This document shows, piece after piece, positions 49,959 through 60,835 of a stretch of 64,000 bases of DNA. The stretch lies in assembly GCA_905178155.1 (NCBI GenBank), contig CAJINV010000017.1, positions 426,722 to 490,721 of the forward strand, in the 5' to 3' direction. Each line of letters begins with the position of its first letter. Positions within the stretch are counted from its first letter, which is position 1. The DNA is from Amoebophrya sp. A120. Its lineage: Eukaryota; Protista; Dinoflagellata. The translations under genes were made by a program, and so were the position numbers. A model generated the notes under the pieces. The model was not told the origin of the DNA. It worked only from the letters and a program-made list of their open reading frames with translations, and ran no database searches.

Positions 49959-52511
49959 ATGCTTCCTGGAGACAACAACCTCGCGGAGCCGCTGGAGCTT
50001 CCCGAGGTGGTCCAGCAGCGGTTGCTCGAGGAGATCATGCTTGCCGAGCAACAGGAAATATTAAACGCCGAGGAGCAAGAACTTCCACCCGCAATTGCAG
50101 CAGCAGTGGGCGGCCAGCAAAACAACCAAGCGCCCCCCCGTCCCCAACGCAGAGGTCCTGGGGGCTTGATCGTGCGTGGCGGGCCGCGAACGCGACGAAG
50201 TCGAGGGAGGCGGCGAGGCCGGAGATCCACCGACGATGCGCCCGCCAGTCTGTTCATCATCGCCATGATGGCGGTTTTCGGGGCGTTTCTGACCTACTAC
50301 GCCTACTGGTATCTGGAGCAGGCGCTGAAGCACGAGCGCGAAACGGCAATCGAAAAGTACAACCGGGTCGCTCGGAAGTGGTCGCTCGCGGGCCGAGAGG
50401 AGTTCTCGGAAGAAAATTTCGAAATCGCGCTGGCCCCAAGCGAGTGGAAAGAGATGGAGGATTTGAAGAACGAGAAGAAGCCGCAAGTTCTTTCGTACGC
50501 GCGGATGCACAAGTCCGTGCACTTGACCGATGTGGAGGACCTGTTTGCGCACGACACGACGCACGGTGGGGGAGAGATCGAGGTCTACAAGCCACTAGTA
50601 TTCACGAAGAAGATCGAAGTCGTCAAAGGGAAGAACGGAAAAGATGATAGGGAAGCACAAGCAGTAGATAAGTCGGCGGCCGGACTCGGAACAAAACAGC
50701 AACCCGGCGAGGACGAGAAGATAGATCCGCTTGACAAAGAGAAGCTTGAAGCAGAGATTGAAAATAACGCTGCTGAGGTGAAAGAGGCGCCTTTATCCGC
50801 ACCAGAAGTGAAAAAATACAACCACTTCGAGGACGATTTTTTGAACTTGTACGTGAAAGGCAGCACTTTCCCGCCGGTGAGAATATCGCCACAGATCCCC
50901 CTGGAAATCAAGCACGTGCGGCCGTTCTCAGAGCCAGGAGGGTACAGCCAAATCTACACACAGCACCACAGCCCGTCTTCAGCCAGCTCCGAAAGTGAAG
51001 AAGAGAGGAGGAAGCAAATGAAAGCGCGGCGACCCAGCTTCCACCCGATACCCGGGGCGGCGAGCTGTGAGAGCGAGGCGGCGAGTGGGGTGTTTCAAAC
51101 AAATTTATCTACCGGTGCAGCTGCAACAACTTCTACCGCCTCCGGCACGGCAGCTGCAGCTGCAGCTCCAGCGCGCAGCTACAATCCGGTAATCCACGCC
51201 ATGCAGCTGCGAAACAACCCAGCGCTGTCGCCAAACTGCTTGCAGACGTGGCGACTAGCGTCGGTGTGCCTGCTGTACAACCCGCAGACGCACAGTGTCG
51301 GGTTTGATACCAGTGTCGAGGGGAAGAAAACCGACCCGGGCGTGCTTTGCGGTGAGCCAATGTATGCGCCGGTCGTGTTCATACCGCCCAGCTTGGCGGC
51401 AAGTAAGGCCGCAGCAGCAACGACACCGGGAGGCGGGGTAAATAAGCCTGCAGCTGCAACAACAGGGGCGAAGGACAGCGCTAGTAGGAGCATGGAAGAT
51501 TTGACAAGCAAGTCTTCGTTCCCCGACCTAGTAGCAGAAACAGAACCTGGTCCTCCTGCTCTTACGCCGCCTCCCAGACAACCTCCACCTCTCTCCACGT
51601 TCGACGGCAGTGTCTACCTTCCCACCGCGAGCACACGGGAGGCGGTGGTCAGTGGGCATTTGGACCCGAGCGCGCTATTGCTGAAACAGCCGCACCGAGA
51701 CGACGGCACCGCGAGCAACGCTTTGAATCTCGCGGACCAGCAGCAGAGAGCGGAGGAACTGCTTCGCGAGGAGCAGAAAGAGGTACTGATGAACAATATG
51801 CTGGACCAGACAAGAATAAGACGTACACTACAGGAGGTGATGGGAAACAGAGTTGCACCAGCAGGAGCTCCTCTATCAAGGGTGACTTCCGCAGATGATC
51901 GCCCAGTTTCTGGAGCACCTGCACCTCCGACAATTTCAATAGAAAATAACGGCGTCCTCCGCCCGGTCCAGATGCACGGGAGCGGCGGAAGCAAGCACGA
52001 AGTTCCAACGATAAATGTGATTTCAACTCCGTCTACATCGGCAGCAGGAGCTGCGAGAAGTACAACCTACGGCGAAGTTTTTGAATCTATCACCGTGCAG
52101 ATCCGTTCGACAGAAGACCCCTTTCTGTATCTTCGCGACGCCACGGCGGACAGCATGGACTTCGGGTTGGAGGCCCGGACCGGGTTCATCATCGGCACGG
52201 TGCTGATGCTCACTGCCGGCTGCGTGTGCGCGTTGCCCATCGTGAAGCTGTTTCAAATCTTGAACTACTGGGCGTCGGGGTTCTTCCGGTGTTTCGCCGA
52301 CTGTTGGAGATGCTTGCTGTTGTTGATCGGCGTCAGAAGAGCGCGGGTCGGGCCGGGAATGCTGCGCGCGAACCAGGAAGAGGAGCAGCAGGAGTTCATC
52401 TCGATCGAGGATTTAAGGATTTCAGAAGACGAGGGGTCTGCGACGGGAGGGGAAGGGGAGGATGTGGAGTTGGAAGCAATAGAAGGAGGTGGAGGAGGTG
52501 GGGAGGAGTGA
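49959..52511 (+). CDS. Hypothetical two-TM protein with large lumenal loop
   Basis: Long ORF; TM1 ASLFIIAMMAVFGAFLTYYAYWY, TM2 GFIIGTVLMLTAGCVCALPIV. Start taken at the ATG at 49959. Confidence 0.7.
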   Translation: MLPGDNNLAEPLELPEVVQQRLLEEIMLAEQQEILNAEEQELPPAIAAAVGGQQNNQAPPRPQRRGPGGLIVRGGPRTRRSRGRRRGRRSTDDAPASLFIIAMMAVFGAFLTYYAYWYLEQALKHERETAIEKYNRVARKWSLAGREEFSEENFEIALAPSEWKEMEDLKNEKKPQVLSYARMHKSVHLTDVEDLFAHDTTHGGGEIEVYKPLVFTKKIEVVKGKNGKDDREAQAVDKSAAGLGTKQQPGEDEKIDPLDKEKLEAEIENNAAEVKEAPLSAPEVKKYNHFEDDFLNLYVKGSTFPPVRISPQIPLEIKHVRPFSEPGGYSQIYTQHHSPSSASSESEEERRKQMKARRPSFHPIPGAASCESEAASGVFQTNLSTGAAATTSTASGTAAAAAAPARSYNPVIHAMQLRNNPALSPNCLQTWRLASVCLLYNPQTHSVGFDTSVEGKKTDPGVLCGEPMYAPVVFIPPSLAASKAAAATTPGGGVNKPAAATTGAKDSASRSMEDLTSKSSFPDLVAETEPGPPALTPPPRQPPPLSTFDGSVYLPTASTREAVVSGHLDPSALLLKQPHRDDGTASNALNLADQQQRAEELLREEQKEVLMNNMLDQTRIRRTLQEVMGNRVAPAGAPLSRVTSADDRPVSGAPAPPTISIENNGVLRPVQMHGSGGSKHEVPTINVISTPSTSAAGAARSTTYGEVFESITVQIRSTEDPFLYLRDATADSMDFGLEARTGFIIGTVLMLTAGCVCALPIVKLFQILNYWASGFFRCFADCWRCLLLLIGVRRARVGPGMLRANQEEEQQEFISIEDLRISEDEGSATGGEGEDVELEAIEGGGGGGEE

Positions 52512-53009
52512 GCTGCTATAATCCGGCGCCTAAGCCATTGTCTGTGATTGATCTTGTCTGTCTCACTTTTTTCTGAGAATACAATGGATGCTACTTAGTC
52601 AGTCCAGCGGAGGCGCCACGAGAAACGTGCGTCTTACAGGTTTGCATACTGAAAACAGATGATGATTTGCGTGCCTCTACTTGCAGATCATTGGAGTGTG
52701 CTCGTGTGAAACTATGTTCCCTGATGTCACCATGTGCAAATTGAGAAGTCCCTTCAAAACCAAGGCGTTTCCCGACTGTGGTTCCTGTGCTCCTTTTCAG
52801 TTTGTCGTCGTCTCGTGTTATGTAGAGCAGCACACCGCCCGTCGGTATCTTTTTGAAGGTCATGTGTCGTTCTCTAACATCACCTGGCTGCGGATTTGTT
52901 TTCTTCACATTCGTTCAATTGAAAACGACAGGAAGTCGCGTTTTTTGCGCCAGGCTGCACTGCAAAAGGTGATGCTTTGTACCAGCACTCTCTTCTCTGA
53001 GTCTGACTT

Positions 53010-56000
53010 ATGGCACAAACTCCAAATAACGCCCTTTTGCGTCCGTGCTACACCCAGAGAATGCAGCACAGACTCCAGACACCAATGGTACGACCCGCAC
53101 CAAGTTCAATCCGCGCGCCTTTCTCCCGCGCAAGATGCTGCCCAGCCACTTCTGCTGGCGTAGCTCCGAGTGCAAGCAGCATCCGTTTTCTTGGTTCTTC
53201 TTCGTCATCCTCCAGTGGAGGTAGTGCAGCCCCCGCAGCCCAAAGCGCATTGCCGCAACATCCTCTGAAGCCGCCAGACGATGTGGCAAACCCACAAAAT
53301 CGGAAAACGCCTCAAGAATTGAACTACGAGCTCTGCCAAATGCCAATGTCAAACATCAACCGAGCCCATGGAGCGTATTTGCCGCAGACGAATCCCAAGC
53401 ATCCTCTGTACGAGTCGCGTACTAGTAAAAACATCGAAAGTGCAGCGCTGGCTCCCGCGCTTCAAGCATTCTCCTCTACACTGGCGAAAGCTTCCACTTC
53501 CTCGAGTAGTAGCTCCAGTACAGTGTTATCGACTACGACATTCCGTGTAACTACAGGAGGTTCCGAGCTGATGGGTGACGTGCCACAAAAAGGACCAAGA
53601 GTCGTCCTTGAAGATAGCACCGCCAGTCGCGGACGAAGAAGTGTTCGGCGACAGCGTTTGAGGGCCGCTATGGATGAGGTAAAGGCTTCTACGCAACATG
53701 ATCAGGGTCAGAACGAACCTCATAGCGCTGCAGCTACCACCAATTCCGTCACAAAAATCACTGCTCACCTTGACACGTCGACTCCTGTGTTTTCAGAAGA
53801 TGCTTCGGCAACAACTACCCGACGACCCAAAACCCGGAACTTCTCGAAGAGAAAATACCGTCGCAAGCCGCATTGGCAGTTCCCGATGGAAAAAGTTCCC
53901 TCGGAACTGAAATCCAAACTCCTCCAGCAGATGCGCGACCCGGGGAAGCTGCAGAGATTTTTGAGCAACAAATTCAAGAAGTTCACTAAATCGCTTTTGA
54001 AGTTCAACCGGACCCGATCGGAAAAAGCGTTCGAGACCTCCTGGTATCGCAAGTTGGTCACGAACAAACGACCAGCCGGCATTCACGACCCGCCGGTGGT
54101 GCGAAGACCGGGAGATCTGGTGCAAATGACACCACTGTTGAAAAACTGGTGGTGCATGCCAGCGGTTGGGTTCAACAGCATCCTGCAGATTCCAAGTCAC
54201 AAATTTGAGGTTTTTGAAGACGATTTTCCAGAGGAGCAGGAGAAAAACGCGGGTACTGCAGAAAACCACCAGGGTGCAGCAGGTGCGGAATCATCATCAT
54301 CATCGTTCAAAGCCGACCCCACGTCCGCTGCCATCGTCGTCAACAACCACCTGGTTTCCAACACGGGTATCATCGTTTCGCGCGATTTAAAATCCGTTTT
54401 GTCCGAGGTGATTGTCCCCAACGATGTCTTCGGGTTGCCGCTGCGGAAAGACCTGATCCACTGGGCGTATTGGTTTTACCGAAAGGCGTTAGCCGGGTAC
54501 GACAACCAGTCGCAATACGACAAGGCCGACTGGCCGCAATCGAACAAAAAGTTTCGGAACCAAATTCGCAGCGGCCGAGCACGGATGAGCACGCGATGCA
54601 GCCACAAATCGTGGGAAGGCAGCTTCTGCCACCCGATTAGGCCACATGTACTTTACTAAACTTAGTCCGTAATAATCTTGCCGGTGGTTATGATGTTTCT
54701 CGACTCGAAACCGAAAAGATGGAAATTGCTACTCGATTTCGATGCTTTCTTTTGGTTTTATTTCGAACAAACTGCTCTCGAAGTATTCGCTATCCTCAAG
54801 CTCAAGTGGCGCGCAGCTAGAATGGTCTAATAAAATCACTTGAACTACGCAAAACTCTTCAGGATTGGCGGCAGAAAAACAACAAGCGGATGATGTGGCT
54901 GGCGACAAAGTCCATGCTTTCCGCGAAGTTCGCCCAGGGCGAAATCATCCTTGTCGACAATTTCAATCTCTCCTCCCACAAAACCAAGCACGTCGTCCAG
55001 TGTTTCCGGAGACTTGTTGGGGACAAGTGCAACTCCGCCCTCTGTTGCCACGAGGGCACCCGAGATGTCAACGACGCTTTCCGCTGGGCGACGGCACACA
55101 TCGCGGCCGTGCGGCGGTGCAACGTCGAGGGGATCGACGTCTACAAGTTGTTGAAGTACCGCTACCTCATCATCACCGAGCTCGGGTTGCAGAATCTGAT
55201 TTACAAGCTGCAATCCTACCCGAAATTACGGAAGTGGGGCCCTAAATACGCCACGCCGGACGGACGTGTTGTTCCGGTGAAACACCGACCGAAAATGGTC
55301 CCCGGGTGGAACTCAGCTTGGAAGGAACGGAAGGAGAGACTCCGGAACAGTGAATTCCGCGCGAAACTGTACGCCGTGGAGCGGAAGAAATGGAAGTGGA
55401 GCAACCGGCTCGAGGGGGCCTTGAAACTGCGCGCAGAAGACCCACTGTACCGGTTCCGGTTGAAAAACTTCGGCGCTCTGGATCAAACAAAACCGTGGGA
55501 AAAAATGGAGGACATCTACTTAGACGACGAGCTGACGCTCGAAGACGCGTACCAGGCGGGAGAAGAGGAGATGGAAAGGCAGGAAACCGAGCAAGACCCG
55601 GAGTATTTGGTGGACGGAAGCAGTTTGCAAGAGTCGATCGAACGCTCGCGGTTGATGATCGGAACGAAAGAGGGGGTGAAAGGGTTGAGTCCAATGGGAA
55701 ATCGGTATGTAGACGTGGGGACGACGAGCACCCGGAGTGCTGGTTTTGGTTCGACATTCCCGGAAAATGGTCGTGAGGAACTACAGGCTGGTGCTCGAAA
55801 AAATTCCAGCGAACAACAAGACGACACGTTGAAGAGCGTGTGGCGGGCTGGTGCGAGGTACGACGCTTTTGTCAAGCAGGAAGGGAAGGCCGAGGCGACC
55901 TCTCCCAAGAAGATGCTGCCCACGAACAAGATGAAGAACAAGAAGGAGGAAATGTCTTCCAAATCCGACGAGGACGATGAGGATTTTGATTGCGAAGACG

Positions 56001-56059
56001 ATGGTGAGGACGACGAGTTTGATGAGGATGACGACGCGGATGAGGATTTAAACGACTAA
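53010..56059 (+). CDS. MRPL4: Mitochondrial ribosomal protein uL4m with long N- and C-terminal extensions
   Basis: VFGLPLRKDLIHW, KKFRNQIRSGRARM...FCHPIRPHDWRQKNNKR, SMLSAKFAQGEIILVD, IDVYKLLKYRYLIIT are bacterial-type L4 motifs. GT-AG intron 54648-54862. Confidence 0.85.
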
Positions 56060-56726
56060 AAAAGCGGCTCTTTCAACTGAAGCAGCAAAACTCGTTCTCG
56101 TCGTCGTTCTGCGCAAGCATCAGCTGGTGTACGTGTTTCATGAATTTTCCTCATCTGCTCGTACTAGAGAATACAGATTGAAGTCCTCATATCCAACCTT
56201 TTAGAGAATCAAGATAGTGGTACCTCTGTACGGCTAAGCCGTCGTGCAAATGTGTGCTGAGGTACACCGATGTAGTGATCCCGTACGTCCTTGTTCGTCG
56301 TACAACCGCCTAATTGGGCTAGGCATTGATCGTTCTTGTTTCCTGAGAGACTATTTGGTCCATTTCCGGAGAGACGTTGACATTTTCGTGCACACAACAA
56401 AAATCTTCTACCTCGAGTGACTTGTACGTACGAATAACGTTTTGCGCTTGGCGGGCTTTTGGGTCGTGCAAACGAGTAAATTGGGGGTTGCTGTAGCACT
56501 CATCGTATGTTTCTAAACGTCTAGTAGGCCCGCTGATTTGTCATCTTCGAGTGTGACGTCACAACACCGATCAGGGCTCCTGGCTTGATCCCAAACGCGA
56601 AAACGAAGTCTCGACAAAATTATCTTCTGATTTCTCACTACCACTTCATCTTTAGGGAGGAGCTTATATATTTGAGAAGCTAAACAGTTCTCCTACACTT
56701 TCCTTTACCGCAAAAGCACTTGAACC

Positions 56727-57819
56727 ATGACATCCTGCGCGAAAGCTCTCCAGATATGGTCGGAGAAGAACGACGGCGCGAACCCCGAGGAGGCAGAGGC
56801 GGTCGCGTTGTTGTGCCTGATCCCACCAATCAACAAGATGGACTCGTCGCTTAACGGCCTCGTAAACTGCAAACGATTGTCCCTGTCCACAAACGCCATC
56901 GATAAGATGATCTCGCTGCCAGGACTCAAAAACCTGGTCAGGTTATCGCTCGGAAGAAACCAAATCAAGAAGATACAAGGTAAATTTTTGTGTTGTAGAT
57001 GGAGCGCTTAATACAACACATTTATTTTCAACTCACAAGTACAGCAGAGAACGAGAAGATGAAGAATGAGAAAGAAGCAGCTCTCTTGCAGTGTCATGCA
57101 AGAAGTTGAAATCATAATCAACGAAAAACACACCCAGGTCTCGAAGAGGTCGGTGCCACGTTGGAAGAGCTCTGGATATCCTACAACCACATCTCAACGC
57201 TGGACGGTCTGCATCCCTGCGTCAAGCTCCACACACTTTTCATCTCGAACAACAAGATCAAACAGTGGGAAGAACTCGCAAAACTGCAGCAGCTCCCAGA
57301 CTTGGGCAACCTGCTGTTAGTCGGGAACCCCATCTACGACGGTATGACCAAGAAGGCCGCCGCACCGCAGGTGCTGAAGATCCTGCCAACGCTGAAAACC
57401 TTGGACGGAGAGATGGCCGGGCTCGACAGCGGGGACTCAACCGCCGGAAATGTCCGGGATGCAGGTATTGACTTAGGTTTTCGTTCGAAAAAGTACGATT
57501 ACGCTGTGACGCATAGTAGATAAAGAATCAACATGACAGGTTTTCTGCTTGTAGTTGTGCATACCCCTCCGAAAGCAGCAAGTATTTTCTGTCATGCAAA
57601 AACACCATGCGATACTTTACTACAGTCGGCGGCAACTTCGACGACGCGGTGGCTTCTCTGGGTATGGACCTGTCCGCGGCCATGGACAAGGGTGCGTTTG
57701 TCGGTGCTTTGACCGGGCTCGGCGTGTCCGGCGACGACGCCGAAGCGCTCTTCGACGCGGTGGCTTCGGGCGGCAACGCAACCTTGGAAGCCGCAGCGGA
57801 CTACGTGGCGAACAACTAA
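56727..57819 (+). CDS. DNAL1: Axonemal dynein light chain 1 (LRR) with C-terminal extension
   Basis: PPINKMDSSL...[55 protein letters not shown]. GT-AG introns 56980-57137 and 57465-57625. Confidence 0.93.
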
Positions 57820-59815
57820 ATTTTGTTTTGAACAAGACAGAGAAAGTAGAAATTTGTTTGGTAGAGCAAGAAAGTCTCAAAAACAAAAGTGCCTGATTTA
57901 CCACGACAGCACAAACGGAAGGAAAAGCCGAGACCTTTTGTTAGATCCTGAGTATTACACTATTAGCAAATATTAGCAACGACCGAATACAATTTTAACA
58001 AATATTCAACCTTCAGATTTTAGATTTCTAGAGCAAGAACAGGTGCAACCTTCATTGAGAGCTAATGCCACAATTTTAATGGAACAGAGCAACAGAAATT
58101 GAACGTGAGACGGACTATTGTTTTCGTGCAGAAGACTAAACAAACTAGAAAAGCAATCGTCTTCTAGTCGACATTTCTTGTACTTGCGTTTTATGAGTCC
58201 TATTCTCTCTTCCCGGAATCTCAAGAAGAGACTGTATTTATGGTTTAGACACAAGAAAAGAGAAAGACGAACAAAGAAAAGTTCTCCGTTGGGGATGGCC
58301 CTTTGTTTTGTTCTTGGGACAGGTGGCAGTTAAAGACAAGGGAGTGAGAGTGCTGAGCGCACAGAAGTATTTCTTGTCCCGTATCTTGTACTTGCATAGC
58401 TGCGCCCCGTATTTTACACTTGCACTTGTGCATTGGCCTTGAGTGATGCATTGCACACCTTGAGGCTGCGAAATGAGGAAAACTTTAGAGACCTCTTAGG
58501 TCGAGGTAATGAACTACCTTGTCGGAAAAGGAAAATATCTTGTTTATCCTTACGTATGACATACGTAGAATTGCTAGTCAGGTTGTAACGCAGGAGAATA
58601 CAAACATGAAGAAAATGGCGCGCGCATCAATTGCCTCTCGGCCATCAACTCCTGTGGCGCGGTGGCGTGCGACCTGTGCGCGTTGGCGGGCGGGGCATTG
58701 TTTGTTTTGCGGTTTACTTGGGGCCGCTTGCAGTTCCTACGCACTTGGGGGGCACTACTGGTCTCCAGGCCGGCCGCGTGGCCGATCGCGTTCTCGTTCA
58801 TGTTTATCTATGCGAACTGGCGACGCCCGGCAAGCACGGCGCCGCTCTCCGACGGTGGCGGCCCGCAATACTAGCACCACTGGCAGAAGAACCAGACAGG
58901 CAGCCCGGCGCCTGCCAGAGTTCCTGTTGCGAAACGCGTAGCGTGAATGAGAAAGCGGAGGCGAAAGCGGTGGAATTCCCGCCAAAGCCCGACGCCAACA
59001 ATTTCCGGAAAAGGAACGCGGCGACGAAGCGCTGGGCCACGAATTTGCCCCGGTTGGGATTCACTCGGCAGCGCGTCGCCCGCGCCCGCCTCGCGTCTTG
59101 GGCCCTTGCTTTGCCTTAGCTACATGGAGGAGACGCGCGCCGTTTCCCGGTTTGTCTCCCGGGGCGCTGGTTCTGTGACACCCGGCCGCAGGCCCGCGCC
59201 CGCGCATGTTAGCAGATGCGCCGTGGAAGCCTGTCAGGGGGCGTTGGCCCGCCCGGTTTCGTTGGTGGGCCTGACCGCGCCCCGCTACCTAGGCTATTCG
59301 CCGCCACCAGCCACGCCGCCCATTCGCACGCTAGGCCTTCACTATGCCTCTTTTTACAGGTTGTTGTCGCGCTCGCGCCAGGCGCGCCCTGCCCTTCCAT
59401 CCTGGGTGCCGCCGCTTTCGTGCGGTGTGCGTTGTTCTTGTAAGCGGGGTTGCATTGTGGAAGGCCTGGCTCAAATTTGTGCCACTGACTCTGCGTAGCC
59501 AGTTTCTGTTCCACCTCCACAGCCGTCGGCAGCTATTTAGGCAGCTTCGACTCCGTCCCTCGCTCTGTTCGATCTATCATCTTCAAAATGCATCAGCGCG
59601 GGTCACTGACTCAGTGTCGCTTTTGCAAGCGCCGTGCAAGAGGTGGCAACTTAGTTCTCCTTGTTTCGTTTTTTTGGACGAGATGAATAACGACAGGAGC
59701 CATACAAGACCGGCGCTTTTCACGAACTCGAGTTTCTCAATCGGCCTCATTCTTCTACGAACGCAAAGGTGAGCGGAGCGTGCTTAACAAAAAAAGTTGC
59801 GGAGTAGGTACCAAA

Positions 59816-60304
59816 ATGGCAGTCTTGAATCTCTCGTCAGTCTTTGCGCTCCCCGCAAAATTGCGATCGCCGCACTCATCTGCACTAGCCCTAGCTCCAT
59901 TGTTTTCATCCAGGCCAGCCGGGCTCCTCTCCTGTATGACACTGCCAGCGTCTTCTTCTGGGTCTGGACTAGTCAATGTGCGCTACACAAACTGCACACC
60001 AGCGGCTAGCGCCTTTTCTCACCAGCAAACCCGCTTCGTTCGGACCAAGGGTGTTTTGAAGCTCCACTGCTCGGAGTGCCGGTACGTGATCAAGCGACGG
60101 AATGTCCCAATTCTCGGCGTCGATTGCAACGCCAACGTGCGCCACAAGCAGCTGATGACGAACCCGCCGAAACAGTCACGGCCGGTGCCGGACTGGTTGG
60201 AGCCCTGGTTGGAGGGACACCAGCTGCCCAGGCACCCCCGGTGGAAAATGGATTTCACCTCGGCGTACTTCACCAAGGCGAAATACAGGAACACGCACTA
60301 CTAG
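59816..60304 (+). CDS. MRPL36: Mitochondrial ribosomal protein bL36m with N-terminal transit peptide
   Basis: VRTKGVLKLHCSECRYVIKRR...VDCNANVRHKQ carries the L36 zinc ribbon (CxxC...C...HKQ); Ser/Ala/Leu-rich, acid-free leader. Confidence 0.85.
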   Translation: MAVLNLSSVFALPAKLRSPHSSALALAPLFSSRPAGLLSCMTLPASSSGSGLVNVRYTNCTPAASAFSHQQTRFVRTKGVLKLHCSECRYVIKRRNVPILGVDCNANVRHKQLMTNPPKQSRPVPDWLEPWLEGHQLPRHPRWKMDFTSAYFTKAKYRNTHY

Positions 60305-60835
60305 TTTTTCCGAAATTTAGCAACTAGAACTCTGAAGAGACAGACGAAAGTAAAAAGCATCGGAGGCACTTAGTTCCACTTATATCCTGTTTGCACTTGT
60401 TGAAGTCGGATTGTGTGACTCTTTTCGAGTGGTTGCGGTCTATCCTCGTGGTTGGTGTTAGCCACTACACAGGCGAACTTGATATCTCCAAGTATAGGAG
60501 ATGCGGAAATTGCTGGAGGTTAGACCTAACCGCAAAACCTGCGTCCCGCTGTGTTCGTCATGTGCTGTTCGAGAACTTTCTTGAACAGCTGAAGTGCTGT
60601 TCAAGAAAGAAGTGTGTTGCCTCTCTTCGGTTGTAGCGTTTGCCAAACACTACAACTTTCTCTTCCCTGGCTACCACGACCTGATCTGGACTTTCTGAGT
60701 GAGCGAGAGACGGGTTGCACGGACTGCCTTGGATCACTTTCGGTATGCCAACACGGCTGTAAGATCATAACAAAACATCATAAACAACTCTTGTACACTG
60801 TAGAAGAAAAAGAAGAAGATATCAAGGAAATCACC

